This document shows positions 1 to 10,688 of a stretch of 64,000 nucleotides of DNA, in pieces. The notes beneath the pieces are model-generated. The model saw only the letters and a list, made by a program, of their open reading frames with translations, was not told the origin of the DNA and did no database searches. The first letter of the stretch is position 1, and each line of letters begins with the position of its first letter. A program made the position numbers and the translations under genes. This DNA is from Balanoglossus misakiensis. Lineage: Eukaryota > Animalia > Hemichordata. The stretch spans positions 124,001 through 188,000 of the forward strand of contig JBECUI020000034.1 of NCBI GenBank assembly GCA_040954595.2, written 5' to 3'.

Positions 1-691
1 GGTCGTTAGCATTGCTAAACGATATACTAATAGAGGATTGCATTTTTTCGATTTGGTACAAGAAGGGAACATCGGTTTAATTAAAGCTGTAGAAAAATTT
101 GAATATCGTAAGGGCTTCAAGTTTTCAACCTATGCGACCTGGTGGATTAGGCAAGCAATAACTCGTTCGATATCGGACCAGGCAAGGACTATACGTATTC
201 CTGTTCATATGATAGAACAAATAAATAAGATTTCTCGGGAATCACGACAGATGGTGCAGAACCTTGGACGAGAACCGACTGATGAGGAATTGGCACAATA
301 TCTGGGATGGTCAACGAGTAAGGTAAAAACGGTTAAAAGCGTTGCTAAGGATCCTATTTCGTTGGAAACGGCAGTGGGTGAAGATGAAGATTCCTTATTG
401 GGCAATTTTATTGAGGATAAAGACGTCAAAAGCCCTGCTCAGGAAACGACGTTTGCAATGTTTCAAGAGCATATGCGTTCGGTATTATCTACATTGCCGA
501 TACGTGAGCAGGAAGTTTTACAGAAACGCTTTGGGCTTGAAGATGGATATTCGCTAACACTTGAGGAAGTTGGGTTGCAATTTGATGTAACACGTGAGAG
601 AATTCGGCAGATTGAGTCAAAGGCGCTACGACGCTTACGCCATCCAAGAAAAAGCAAGCCAATGCGTGATTATCTTGGTGATGGAAAATAG
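1..691 (+). CDS. rpoD: RNA polymerase primary sigma factor RpoD (5' truncated by window)
   Basis: Frame open from base 2 ([13 protein letters not shown]); region 2 [37 protein letters not shown]; region 4 [28 protein letters not shown]. Confidence 0.97.
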   Translation, partial: VVSIAKRYTNRGLHFFDLVQEGNIGLIKAVEKFEYRKGFKFSTYATWWIRQAITRSISDQARTIRIPVHMIEQINKISRESRQMVQNLGREPTDEELAQYLGWSTSKVKTVKSVAKDPISLETAVGEDEDSLLGNFIEDKDVKSPAQETTFAMFQEHMRSVLSTLPIREQEVLQKRFGLEDGYSLTLEEVGLQFDVTRERIRQIESKALRRLRHPRKSKPMRDYLGDGK

Positions 692-697
692 GAGTGA

Positions 698-1660
698 ATG
701 ATGGTACAGGATTTACTGGAACGATTGCTAGTATTACAGGGGCATCTTGAGGAAAAATATGAGTTGGAAAATGAAATTACCAAGCTTCCAACCATACTTC
801 GGACGAAGGAACAGCTGTTAGAGCGCCTAAGAGCATCTGTAGAGAATATGATTGCTCAGGAAGAGCGGCAGTCTCAAGAATTAACAAGAAATCAGCTTGA
901 TATTGAACGTCTTGAAGAAGAACGTACAAGGTACGAAACGCAGATTAGTACGATTGCTACACAGCGCGAATATGAGGCCTTGGAAAAAGAAATAAAGAAT
1001 GTTTTTGTCAGCGAACAAAATGCTCGCAAGACCTATAGCAGAATGACTGCCGAATCCAACGAATTGCAGGAACGGCGAAAACAAGAAGATGGGCTTCTTA
1101 AAATTCAGGAAACTGAACTGTTAGGAGAAAAAAAGCGGGTTGTAAAGGAAGAAACTGCGAAAAAGAAAAAGTTGGTGGTTATTGAAAAAAAGATCGACGA
1201 GATATCACAAAATATTGACCAAGGACTGCTATTTAAGTTTCGGCGAATTATTCGCAGCAAGAGCGGGCGCGGCATTGTTCAACTAAAAGGGACAGTATGT
1301 GGCGGGTGTCAGATGGTACTTCCCGAGCAGTTTGTAAACACTGTTCGAATTGGGAATGAAATACTTTTCTGTCCTTACTGCTCTAAAATACTTTTTTATC
1401 AAGAGGATATTGATGAGGAAAAAAGTTGGTTCGGTGATGAAGATGATGCAGTTGAAGGACTGATTGATCTGGTTGAAAGCGAAATTCCCGACGATTTTGA
1501 GTACTACAACACCGACGATGATGACAAAGAAGAAGAAGATGAAGAGTTAGATACTGAGGATAGCGAAGAAGTAAAAGATATAGAATTTGACGATGAGGAG
1601 GATGAATCCTCCATTGATCTTGATGATGAAGATGAAAGTGAAGAAGAATTAGAAGAGTAA
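698..1660 (+). CDS. Coiled-coil C4 zinc-ribbon protein (DUF164 / CT398-HP0958-like) with long acidic tail
   Basis: Long coiled coil, CGGC...CPYC zinc ribbon, D/E-rich C-terminus; usual position after rpoD in spirochaetes. Confidence 0.85.
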   Translation: MMVQDLLERLLVLQGHLEEKYELENEITKLPTILRTKEQLLERLRASVENMIAQEERQSQELTRNQLDIERLEEERTRYETQISTIATQREYEALEKEIKNVFVSEQNARKTYSRMTAESNELQERRKQEDGLLKIQETELLGEKKRVVKEETAKKKKLVVIEKKIDEISQNIDQGLLFKFRRIIRSKSGRGIVQLKGTVCGGCQMVLPEQFVNTVRIGNEILFCPYCSKILFYQEDIDEEKSWFGDEDDAVEGLIDLVESEIPDDFEYYNTDDDDKEEEDEELDTEDSEEVKDIEFDDEEDESSIDLDDEDESEEELEE

Positions 1661-1988
1661 AGGGCAGACGATGTTACCGCTGCATTTAGCAGAGGAAAGT
1701 CCGGGCTCCACAGAGCGTGATACCGGGTAATGCCCGGCTACAATTATTGTACGAGATAGTGCCACAGAAAATATACCGCCATTTTTTGGTAAGGGTGAAA
1801 AGGTAAGGTAAGAGCTTACCGGTCAATATGGTAACATTTGATGCAAGGTAAACCTTGTCAGGAGCAAGTTCAAGCAGCAGATTGGTTGCTCGCCATATAT
1901 CTGCGGGTAGAATGCATGAGTGCATCAGAAATGTTGCATCGAGATAAATGGTAACACAAGACAGAACCCGGCTTATTGTTTGCCCTTC
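1660..1988 (+). ncRNA. rnpB: RNase P RNA (type A)
   Basis: Conserved GAGGAAAGTCCGGGC, AGTGCCACAGAAA, GGTAAGAGC, GAGCAAG and ACAGAACCCGGCTTA motifs; P1 pairing AAGGGCAGAC / GTTTGCCCTT; followed by a T tract. Confidence 0.97.
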
Positions 1989-2023
1989 TTTTTTTTTACA
2001 TATTACTGTACACTTGTATTGTA

Positions 2024-2938
2024 ATGACAAGCAGAATTTTTCCTGGTAAAAAATCTATTTTTTTTAGCCTATTAATAGGAATAGGCATTATTTTTTTTAC
2101 CTATCTTTTTCTTACGAATACGCAAATATTTTCATCCTTTGCATTTTCACGGAGAAAAGTTCTCTACGATTTATGGGAAACGGGAAGGTATGAGGCTGTA
2201 GTAAAACAGGCTAGCGAGTACATTCTGTCAAGACCGCTTGATCTGGATGCAACAAGCCTTCGTGGTTTTGCGTACTTTCAGCTTTTCTTTAATTTGCCGA
2301 CTGAAATACGACAGGAATCCTTATTAGATTCTTCCATTCGTGATCTTCGTACTATGATTCTCCTGCAGAGAGATGGGGTATCACCTAATGTAGTATACTT
2401 ACTTGGTAAGGCTTATTATTATAAAGGCAGAGATTATTTTCAGGATAGTATACGTTATCTTGAAAAGGCACAGGATGCTGGAATTCGTGCCATGGATAGC
2501 TATGAATATCTTGGTTTGTTGTACGAAGAGACCATGAATGTAGAGAAACAAATCGATATTTTTCAACAGGCTATTGCACAAGACCCCAAAGACATTTATT
2601 ATATGAAATTATCAGAGGCGTTTCTTGCAAATGAAGAATATGATAAAGCGCAGGAAATATATCAGCATATCATTGAAACGAGTGAAGATGCGTTATTTTT
2701 GCTAAATGCACATCTGGCATTGGCTGAACAATTTCTTGCAGAAGGAAATACTGCAGGGCTAATGGCACAGTTGCAAGCCGCTTTAGCTATTGATAGTAAT
2801 GCTGACCAGGCATATCTTATACGTGGTAACATGTATTTTAAACAAGGAAAGATTGAGCAAGCACGGTATGAATGGCGAAAAGCATTGAGCATTAATCCTC
2901 AAAACTCAGAAGCATTTGCTCGACTAGAAGGATTTTAA
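2024..2938 (+). CDS. Membrane-anchored TPR protein
   Basis: N-terminal TM helix, TPR repeats ([24 protein letters not shown]); start moved to ATG 2024 because the longer ORF overlaps rnpB. Confidence 0.85.
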   Translation: MTSRIFPGKKSIFFSLLIGIGIIFFTYLFLTNTQIFSSFAFSRRKVLYDLWETGRYEAVVKQASEYILSRPLDLDATSLRGFAYFQLFFNLPTEIRQESLLDSSIRDLRTMILLQRDGVSPNVVYLLGKAYYYKGRDYFQDSIRYLEKAQDAGIRAMDSYEYLGLLYEETMNVEKQIDIFQQAIAQDPKDIYYMKLSEAFLANEEYDKAQEIYQHIIETSEDALFLLNAHLALAEQFLAEGNTAGLMAQLQAALAIDSNADQAYLIRGNMYFKQGKIEQARYEWRKALSINPQNSEAFARLEGF

Positions 2939-2940
2939 TA

Positions 2941-3978
2941 ATGGGCTTCAGAAATATTTTTAATTCATTATCCATGGAAGTTGGATTGGATCTTGGCACC
3001 TGTAATACATTAGTGCATGTTCGAGGTAAGGGCATTGTTATTAATGAGCCATCAGTTGTTGCTATGGAACGCGGAACGAAACGGGTTTTAGCTGTAGGAA
3101 CCGAGGCGAAACGTATGTTATGGCGTACGCCAAGTGATATTGTAGCCATACGACCGCTCCGTGATGGGGTTATTGCCGATTTGGAAACAACTGAAAAGAT
3201 GATTCGTTATTTCATGTATAAGATATTGCAACGACGTCCATTTGTAAAACCTCGTATGGTAATTGGTGTCCCTTCATGTATTACCGATGTAGAACGTCGA
3301 GCGGTACTTGAAAGTGCAGAAAAATCAGGTGCACGGGAAATTCGTGTTGTTGAAGAATCATTGGTTGCCGCTATTGGTGCTAACTTACCGATATTTGAAC
3401 CTGCTGGGCATATGCTATGCGACATTGGTGGCGGGACAAGTGAAATTTCTGTTATCAGTCTGGGTGGTATGGTAGTAACAAATGCCATTCGGGTTGGCGG
3501 CGATGAGTTTGATAAGGCTATTATTAAGCATGTTCGCAGTGCTCATAATCTTGTCATTGGCGAAGTAACTGCTGAAGATATTAAAGTGAAGATTGGTAAT
3601 GCAATTGCCGATACTGAAATACTTCATGTAGAAATCAAGGGAACGGATACCATTACCGGTCTTCCACGCAAAATGGAAATTGATAACCTGGAAGTTCGTG
3701 AAGCATTGCAGGAACCCTTGCAGGCAATTATTGAGGAAATAAAACGCACTATCAGCGAAACTCCCCCAGAGTTGGTTTCCGACATTGTTGACCGGGGCAT
3801 TGTCCTAACCGGTGGGGGCTGTTTACTAAACGGTCTTGATGTGTTTATTTCCAAGAGCACTGGAGTACCTGTATTTCGTGCAGAGGACCCTGTTAATTGT
3901 GTTGTACTCGGTGCCGGAAGGTACTTTGAATTGGAAAAGCAACCAAAGAAGGCATTTTCATTGTATAGAGATTTGTAA
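2941..3978 (+). CDS. mreB: Rod shape-determining protein MreB
   Basis: [29 protein letters not shown] actin-fold motifs. Confidence 0.97.
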   Translation: MGFRNIFNSLSMEVGLDLGTCNTLVHVRGKGIVINEPSVVAMERGTKRVLAVGTEAKRMLWRTPSDIVAIRPLRDGVIADLETTEKMIRYFMYKILQRRPFVKPRMVIGVPSCITDVERRAVLESAEKSGAREIRVVEESLVAAIGANLPIFEPAGHMLCDIGGGTSEISVISLGGMVVTNAIRVGGDEFDKAIIKHVRSAHNLVIGEVTAEDIKVKIGNAIADTEILHVEIKGTDTITGLPRKMEIDNLEVREALQEPLQAIIEEIKRTISETPPELVSDIVDRGIVLTGGGCLLNGLDVFISKSTGVPVFRAEDPVNCVVLGAGRYFELEKQPKKAFSLYRDL

Positions 3979-3984
3979 TTTCTT

Positions 3985-4803
3985 GTGGCAACAAAATCGA
4001 TACTGACCCTTCTTCTTTTCTCTTGTTTAATACTTTTGTCTTTATTTCTTATCATGCTATCCGATTATCCCTTTTTAAAAGGATTGAAGGGAGAAGTTTT
4101 TGCATTTCTATCCGAATACCAAGCTGGTGTACATAACTTTTTAAGTCAAGTAGGAGACGTATTTCTTGCTGTTCGGCGGTTAGAAGAACTGCAGCAGAAG
4201 TATGACTTTCTTCTCCGACGTGCTGAGTATTATCCTGTATTGGAGCAGCGATTGGCTGTGGTAATGCAAGAAAATAAACGCCTGGGGGAACTCTTGCAAT
4301 ACGGCGAAGGACTGGAGTTTCGACATATAACCGGAAGGGTTACAGGAAAACATCAATGGGGAGGAATTGCTTCCTATGTTATTAATGTGGGCAGTACTCA
4401 TGGGGTAGAGTTGGGACAGGCAGTTCTTGCCCTGCATGATGAGCACTTAGCGCTAGCAGGCAGAGTAGTTGAAATTATGGAAGAATCGGCTATTGTGCGT
4501 GCCCTCTTAGATACAGGTATGTATGTTGCTGCAAGACTGGATAAACTCCGTTATGATGGACTTATTACAGGGGGACGAAAAGAGTTAATAATGCGTTATG
4601 TCGATGCCGGTGCCCGGAGTCTCATTTATTACGATGATATAGTTGTTACTGCTGGCATTGATTCATTGATTCCACCGGATATACCGATTGCGCGTGTGAG
4701 AAAAATTCGCTCGCATCCATATGAGGAATACATTGAGTTAACACTAGAACCTTTTGTGCAGTCAAATTATTTTGAATATGTATTTGTCATTGTACCTAAT
4801 TAG
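3985..4803 (+). CDS. mreC: Rod shape-determining protein MreC
   Basis: TM helix, coiled coil (ENKRLGELL), INVGSTHGV, VVTAGIDSLIPPDIPI; follows mreB. Confidence 0.9.
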   Translation: MATKSILTLLLFSCLILLSLFLIMLSDYPFLKGLKGEVFAFLSEYQAGVHNFLSQVGDVFLAVRRLEELQQKYDFLLRRAEYYPVLEQRLAVVMQENKRLGELLQYGEGLEFRHITGRVTGKHQWGGIASYVINVGSTHGVELGQAVLALHDEHLALAGRVVEIMEESAIVRALLDTGMYVAARLDKLRYDGLITGGRKELIMRYVDAGARSLIYYDDIVVTAGIDSLIPPDIPIARVRKIRSHPYEEYIELTLEPFVQSNYFEYVFVIVPN

Positions 4804-4811
4804 GAAGAAGA

Positions 4812-5297
4812 ATGAAGAGCATAATACTAATTTTCCTATTCTTATTCTTTGTGTTATTTCAATTTACAGTGCTAGAGTATGATTGGATCGCGACCATTAG
4901 TCCTGATATTATACTTGTGCTCGTTACTTATTTTTCAAACTACTATGGGGCACTGCCTGTTTTATTACCCGCATTCCTTGCCGGGCTGGCAAGTGATGTC
5001 TTAGTAACAACGAATTTCGGTCTGCATGCCTTACTGTATACGCTTCTATGTTTTGTTATCGGTTATACACATCAAAAGCTGTTTATGAGTTCATGGCTTA
5101 GTGCTATTGCTCTGTCCTTTCTTGCGCATGCATTGCGTGTTGTTGTGCTATTTACCTTTTTAATTATCTTTCGTACGGATGTATTTTTTCAAAGCATTGC
5201 GCCTTTTGAAATTTTTATGGAATTTCTCTCAGGAACGATACTTTTTGTTATCATATTTGTATTAAACGGTTTGAGAAAAAATAAAACGATGGTCTAG
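4812..5297 (+). CDS. mreD: Rod shape-determining protein MreD
   Basis: 161-aa hydrophobic protein, PDIILVLV and AFLAGLASD motifs; between mreC and mrdA. Confidence 0.88.
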   Translation: MKSIILIFLFLFFVLFQFTVLEYDWIATISPDIILVLVTYFSNYYGALPVLLPAFLAGLASDVLVTTNFGLHALLYTLLCFVIGYTHQKLFMSSWLSAIALSFLAHALRVVVLFTFLIIFRTDVFFQSIAPFEIFMEFLSGTILFVIIFVLNGLRKNKTMV

Positions 5298-5299
5298 CA

Positions 5300-7128
5300 A
5301 TGAATCGGACAAGAATAACAGTATTGATAGGAGGTTTTCTTGTTGCCTTTCTTGGGTACATTATTTATCTTTTTTATCTTCAGGTGCTCAGTGGTTATAT
5401 TTATGCTCTTCGTGCCGAACAAATAACTGTTCGAACTACAGTTGTTCCCGCTAATCGCGGGAAAATATATGATGTAAACTATGATGCTCCTATTGCTACA
5501 AATGTTAATGCATTTGTAGTAAGTGTTACACCAGGAGAAATTCCTGCAGAGAGGCGAGAAGAGCTGCTATTTCGTTTGGCAGAAGTGCTCGATCTTGACA
5601 TGCAAACAATAGAAGAAAAGATCAGCAAGTATTCGTATAGCACTTTTTCGGAGATATTACTTAAACGCGGAATTAAAAAAGAAACTATCCTGTATATTGC
5701 TGAAAACTACCATCTATTTCCTGGTATATCGTGGCAACCCCATTCGATTCGTTATTACCCCTTTGAAACGGAGATGTCTCATATTCTCGGTTATATTGGT
5801 GAAATTAATCAGAGTGAATTAGAGGTATTATTTAATCAGGGATATACTGCCGATTCTCTTCTCGGAAAGAATGGTGTTGAATTGCAGTTTGATGTGCCAC
5901 TACGTGGAAAGGATGGATTGAGAATTCGTCGGGTTGATGCTCGTGGGAAACAGCTTGAAGACGATTTTATAAAGGAAATCTCCGCGGAGCCGGGGGTGAA
6001 TATTGTGCTGACCATCGATCGATTTATTCAAAAACTTGCCAGTGATGCACTGGGAGAACGAACGGGATCAGTTATCGTTATGCGTCCATCGACAGGGGAG
6101 ATACTCGCAATGGTATCCTATCCGCACTTTAACCCGAATATTTTTTCCCTTACAACGAGTTCTCAAGAATTTCTTGATCTGAGTCTTGATTTACGTTCAC
6201 CTTTTTGAATAGGGCAATCCAGAGCGTAGCAGCGCCTGCTTCGACATTTAAGATGGTTCTTGCAACGGCCATTGCCGAATCGGAAACTATTACACTTGAT
6301 CAGACTGTATTTTGTACAGGCTCAAAAGCTTTTGGTAATCGTTCCTTTCATTGTTGGGTTCCGACCGGGCATGGGAGTGAAAATTTTTTTACTGCTCTGG
6401 CAGATTCATGTAATATATATTTTTATACTATGGGCGTTGAATTTCTCGGCATTGACACCATTATTGACTATGCTACGGGGCTTGGATTGGGGCAGAAAAC
6501 GGGAATTAATTTGCCCGGAGAGGTAAGTGGCTTGTTGCCAACGCCCGAGTGGAAGGAAGAAATTATTCAGGATGTTTGGCGGCAGGGAGATACAGCAAAT
6601 GTTTCAATTGGGCAGGGTTATGTTCAGGTTACTCCGATACAGTTAGTCAACCTTATGGCTATGATCGTGAACGATGGTACTTTGTATCGTCCCACCATAT
6701 TGGATGCAATGCGAGATCCAATTAGTGGGGCTGTCATAGAGAAGAATGAGCGGGTTATTTTGCGCCAAAGAGAGGGAAAGAAGGAAAGTTATGCCTCAGT
6801 CAGAAAAGCCTTACGCGGAGTAATTACAGATGGTACGGCGCGGGTTGTTATGACTACTCCTGCTGTTCAAATTGCAGGCAAGACAGGAACAGGGCAAGTT
6901 GCATTGGGAGGGGTTCGCTATAATTCCTGGTTTGTGGCCTATGCTCCCTATGAGACAAACAACCCTGAAGAACAGCTTATTGTTTTGACAATGGTAGATA
7001 GTCGTAATACTTGGGAATGGTGGGCCCCGAAGGCCGCTAATATTATTTTCCATGGTATTTTTACCGAACAAAATTTTGAGCAAACAGTAGCCGATCTAAA
7101 GAAGAAAAAACGATTATGGTACATGTAA
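5300..7128 (+). CDS. mrdA: Penicillin-binding protein 2 (one frameshift near 6205)
   Basis: RGKIYD dimerisation domain; STFK, SCN, KTGT transpeptidase motifs; the two ORFs join if one T is added to the T run (PFLNRAIQ). Confidence 0.93.
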
Positions 7129-8438
7129 CACGCCAGCAAGGAAGGTTCGATTTTCTTTTATTTACTGCCACCCTTGCATTGCTTGCTATTGGTATAACTT
7201 TCATTTATTCAAGCGGGCTAACACCAGACGGGAGCGTGAATACAACCCGTTTTCTTCGACAGATATTTTGGGTTGCAAGTGGAATACTTCTTGCCAGTAT
7301 CATTTATTTTGTATATCCCAACGATCTTCGGGTCAGTATAATTCCGATCTATATAGCCGTTATCCTTTTATTGCTTATTACTCTCTTTTGGGGACGGGTG
7401 GTCAATGGGGCACGTTCGTGGATTGGCATTGGACAACTGGGCATACAGCCCTCGGAATTTGCAAAAATTGCTACTATATTGTTTATTGCAGATTGTGCTG
7501 TTCGCATAGAGGGCAAAAACGAGCGATGGAAACTTTTATTATTCTTAGCAGGCTTATTCCCCACCGTGCTCATACTCATGCAACCCGACCTTGGTACTGC
7601 CATAATATTTCTGCCGATAATCCTTGGCATGCTCTATGTGGCACGGGTACGCTTGCGTTATATTTTCTTTCTCTTATTATGCATGATTATCAGCATTCTT
7701 TTCATTTTTTTTGTAGCATGGAATAACTATATTGGCAATACTCAGCATTTTATATTAACCGATCTTTTACAGAATGAGTTTTTATTGATTGTTATCAGTT
7801 TATCGGGTGCAGGGATATTTGTTATATCTGCTATCGGTTACTACATTGTACGGCATGCTGTCTTGTATTGGGTTCTGTATTTCTCGCTTGTCTTCGAAAT
7901 TTCATTGGGCTTGATAATAGCGGCGGTACGAACATTCAAGCCATATCAGATGATGCGTCTTATAGCCTTTATTGATCCCTATCTTGATCCGCGGGGTGCC
8001 GGCTGGCATATTATTCAATCAAAGACAGCTGTCGGTTCGGGGGGTGTTTTTGGCAAGGGATATTTATCCGGGACGCAGAGTCAGTATAACTTTCTTCCGG
8101 AAAAAAGCACTGATTTTATTTTTTCACTCATTGCCGAAGAATGGGGATTTATCGGTTCACTTATTACCCTCTTATTATTTCTCATTATCGTCATGCGATC
8201 ATTATCCATAGTATATCATGCAAAGGATAATTTCTCGCAGTTGACTGCTGTGGGCATTGCAATAATGGTATCATTTCATGTTTTTGTTAACATTGGTATG
8301 ACGGTTGGTATAATGCCGGTAATGGGCATTCCACTTCTTTTTTTATCCTATGGAGGTTCAGCACTCTGGACAGCATTAATTGGAGTCGCTATACTTTTAC
8401 GTATCTGTAAGGAGAATGGTCAAAAAAAGAATGAGTAA
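7116..8438 (+). CDS. rodA: Rod shape-determining protein RodA (SEDS)
   Basis: GARSWI, IQPSEFAK, QPDLGTA, LPEKSTDFIF, SYGGS motifs. Confidence 0.95.
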   Translation: MVHVTRQQGRFDFLLFTATLALLAIGITFIYSSGLTPDGSVNTTRFLRQIFWVASGILLASIIYFVYPNDLRVSIIPIYIAVILLLLITLFWGRVVNGARSWIGIGQLGIQPSEFAKIATILFIADCAVRIEGKNERWKLLLFLAGLFPTVLILMQPDLGTAIIFLPIILGMLYVARVRLRYIFFLLLCMIISILFIFFVAWNNYIGNTQHFILTDLLQNEFLLIVISLSGAGIFVISAIGYYIVRHAVLYWVLYFSLVFEISLGLIIAAVRTFKPYQMMRLIAFIDPYLDPRGAGWHIIQSKTAVGSGGVFGKGYLSGTQSQYNFLPEKSTDFIFSLIAEEWGFIGSLITLLLFLIIVMRSLSIVYHAKDNFSQLTAVGIAIMVSFHVFVNIGMTVGIMPVMGIPLLFLSYGGSALWTALIGVAILLRICKENGQKKNE

Positions 8439-9009
8439 TCCAACATTAGAAGAGGCAGAAAAGCTTTTACAAAAATACATAGAATCTGAGAACCTCAGGG
8501 CACATTGCAGAGCAGTAGCTGCCACGATGAAACATTTTGCACAAAAACACGATGAAGAAGTGAACAAATGGGAAGTTATTGGACTTATTCACGATCTTGA
8601 TTGGGAAAAATTTCCAGACCAGCATTGTTATAAAACGAAGGAAATTCTTCAGCAGCAGGGGTGGCCCGAAGATTATATACATGCAGTTATGAGTCATGGC
8701 TGGCAGATATGTACTGATACGGAACCTGTGCAGTATATGGAAAAAGTTTTGTATGCAGTTGATGAACTGACTGGGTTTATTATTGCGGTTACATTTGTCC
8801 GTCCTTCCAGATCTATTCTTGATGTCAAGGTGCGGTCTATTCGAAAAAAATGGAACGTAAGTGGATTTGCTGCCGGAGTAGACAGGAAAGTTGTCGAACA
8901 GGGTGCAGAAATGTTGGATGTTTCTCTGGAAGAATTGATGGAAGAGACCTTAGTTGCTATGAAGTCTGTTGCTGCTGATATAGGTTTGGCTGGAACAACA
9001 GATGGCTGA
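8431..9009 (+). CDS. HD-superfamily hydrolase (HDIG/COG2316-like)
   Basis: H..(x)..HDLDWE..H..SH..D metal-binding pattern; 3' end overlaps glnS start. Confidence 0.85.
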   Translation: MSNPTLEEAEKLLQKYIESENLRAHCRAVAATMKHFAQKHDEEVNKWEVIGLIHDLDWEKFPDQHCYKTKEILQQQGWPEDYIHAVMSHGWQICTDTEPVQYMEKVLYAVDELTGFIIAVTFVRPSRSILDVKVRSIRKKWNVSGFAAGVDRKVVEQGAEMLDVSLEELMEETLVAMKSVAADIGLAGTTDG

Positions 9010-10666
9010 GCATCACAGAGATTTTATCAGGAACATCATTAGCCACGATGTTGATGCCGGTCTCTCAGCTGTACATACTCGATTCCCTCCGGAACCTAAC
9101 GGATACCTACACATTGGTCATGTAAAGACAATATGTTTGAACTTTGATATTGCCGAAGAATTTTCGGGTCAGTGCAATCTCCGAATGGATGATACCAATC
9201 CCACAAGAGACTACGAGAAGTACATCGGCACTATTCAAGAAGACATCCGATGGTTGGGCTACGATTGGAAGGATAACTTCTTCTGTGCATCAGATTATTT
9301 TGATAAATTCTATAATTATGCGCTCATTCTCATTAAAAAGGGCTTAGCCTATGTTGATGACCAAGATGCGGAAACAATACGAATAAACCGGGGTACACCA
9401 ACCGAACATGGAAAGAACAGCATATATCGGGATCGGAGCATCGAGGAGAATCTTTCGTTGTTTCAAGCAATGAAAGAAGGTAAGTTTCCCGACGGAAAAT
9501 GCGTGTTGCGTGCAAAGATTAGTATGGCCTCTGCTAATATTACTATGCGTGATCCGGTTCTCTATCGTATTAGACATATTGCCCATCCTCGTAGTCATGA
9601 TAAATGGTGTATATATCCCCTCTATGATTTTGCACACTGTCTTTCGGATGCACTTGAAGGCATTACACATTCCTTATGTACTATGGAATTTGAAGATCGC
9701 AGACCACTGTATAATTGGATACTGGAACAATTAGAATTTCCGAATCCACCACGACAATTTGAATTTGCTCGGATGAAGATCGCTTATACGATACTCAGCA
9801 AGCGAAAATTGATGATATTACAAGAAGAAGGTCATGTACAGGGATGGGATGATCCGCGCTTACCTACCGTAGCCGGAATGAGAAGAAGGGGCTATCCGTC
9901 CGATATTCTTTGTCAATTCTGTCGTTCGGTTGGCATTACGCGAACAGAGAGCATAATTGATGTTAGTCTGCTTGAAAATATGGTACGTAATAAATTGAAT
10001 ACGACGGCCGAGAGGCGAATTGCGGTTTTACACCCGTTAAAACTTACGATTACGAATTATCCGGAAGATAAGCTAGAGCATTTCCCTGCTGAAAATAATC
10101 CCGAAGATCCTTCTGCCGGTACTCGTTCCATACCTTTTTCTCGTACCATATATATTGAGCGTACCGATTTTATGATTGATCCGCCAAAGGGCTTTTTCCG
10201 TCTATACCCCGGTAATATTGTTCGGTTAAAATATGCATACTGTATTCGCTGTGTGGATTACCGGTGCGATGAAAACGGGAATGTTACTGAAGTTCTCTGT
10301 GAATACGATCCAGAAACCCGTGGTGGAGATAGCAAGGGACAACGAGTCCGAGGGACCCTTCATTGGTTATCTGAAAATGCTTGTAAAGAGGTTACCCTAC
10401 GACTTTATGATCGGCTCTTCCTTAGCCCTGAACCTGAGACCGAGGAAGATTTTTTATCTTGCTTGAATCCCGATTCATTAAGGGTAGAATCGGCATTAGT
10501 CGAAGAGGATTTCTTTGAGGAGGTCAAAGAAGAAAGGGTTTATCAGTTTCTTCGGCATGGCTATGTTTGTCTTGATCCTGATAGCAAGGGAAGAAAAAAG
10601 GTCTTTAACCTGACAATTTCCTTAAAAGACAGCTGGAAGAAACTTCAAGAGAAAGGGCGATCCTGA
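9002..10666 (+). CDS. glnS: Glutamine--tRNA ligase
   Basis: TRFPPEPNGYLHIGH, WCIYPLYDFAH, LSKRKL, GWDDPRLPT, YQFLRHGY. Confidence 0.95.
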   Translation: MAEHHRDFIRNIISHDVDAGLSAVHTRFPPEPNGYLHIGHVKTICLNFDIAEEFSGQCNLRMDDTNPTRDYEKYIGTIQEDIRWLGYDWKDNFFCASDYFDKFYNYALILIKKGLAYVDDQDAETIRINRGTPTEHGKNSIYRDRSIEENLSLFQAMKEGKFPDGKCVLRAKISMASANITMRDPVLYRIRHIAHPRSHDKWCIYPLYDFAHCLSDALEGITHSLCTMEFEDRRPLYNWILEQLEFPNPPRQFEFARMKIAYTILSKRKLMILQEEGHVQGWDDPRLPTVAGMRRRGYPSDILCQFCRSVGITRTESIIDVSLLENMVRNKLNTTAERRIAVLHPLKLTITNYPEDKLEHFPAENNPEDPSAGTRSIPFSRTIYIERTDFMIDPPKGFFRLYPGNIVRLKYAYCIRCVDYRCDENGNVTEVLCEYDPETRGGDSKGQRVRGTLHWLSENACKEVTLRLYDRLFLSPEPETEEDFLSCLNPDSLRVESALVEEDFFEEVKEERVYQFLRHGYVCLDPDSKGRKKVFNLTISLKDSWKKLQEKGRS

Positions 10667-10688
10667 AAGACCGGGTCTAGTTCCACAC

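Noticed and set aside
1686-2030. 114-aa minus-strand ORF
   Set aside because: It is the antisense shadow of RNase P RNA.
6195-6215. Stop-codon reassignment or selenocysteine readthrough at TGA
   Set aside because: The downstream homology is in a different frame, not beyond an in-frame TGA; TGA ends intact genes normally (glnS, murI).
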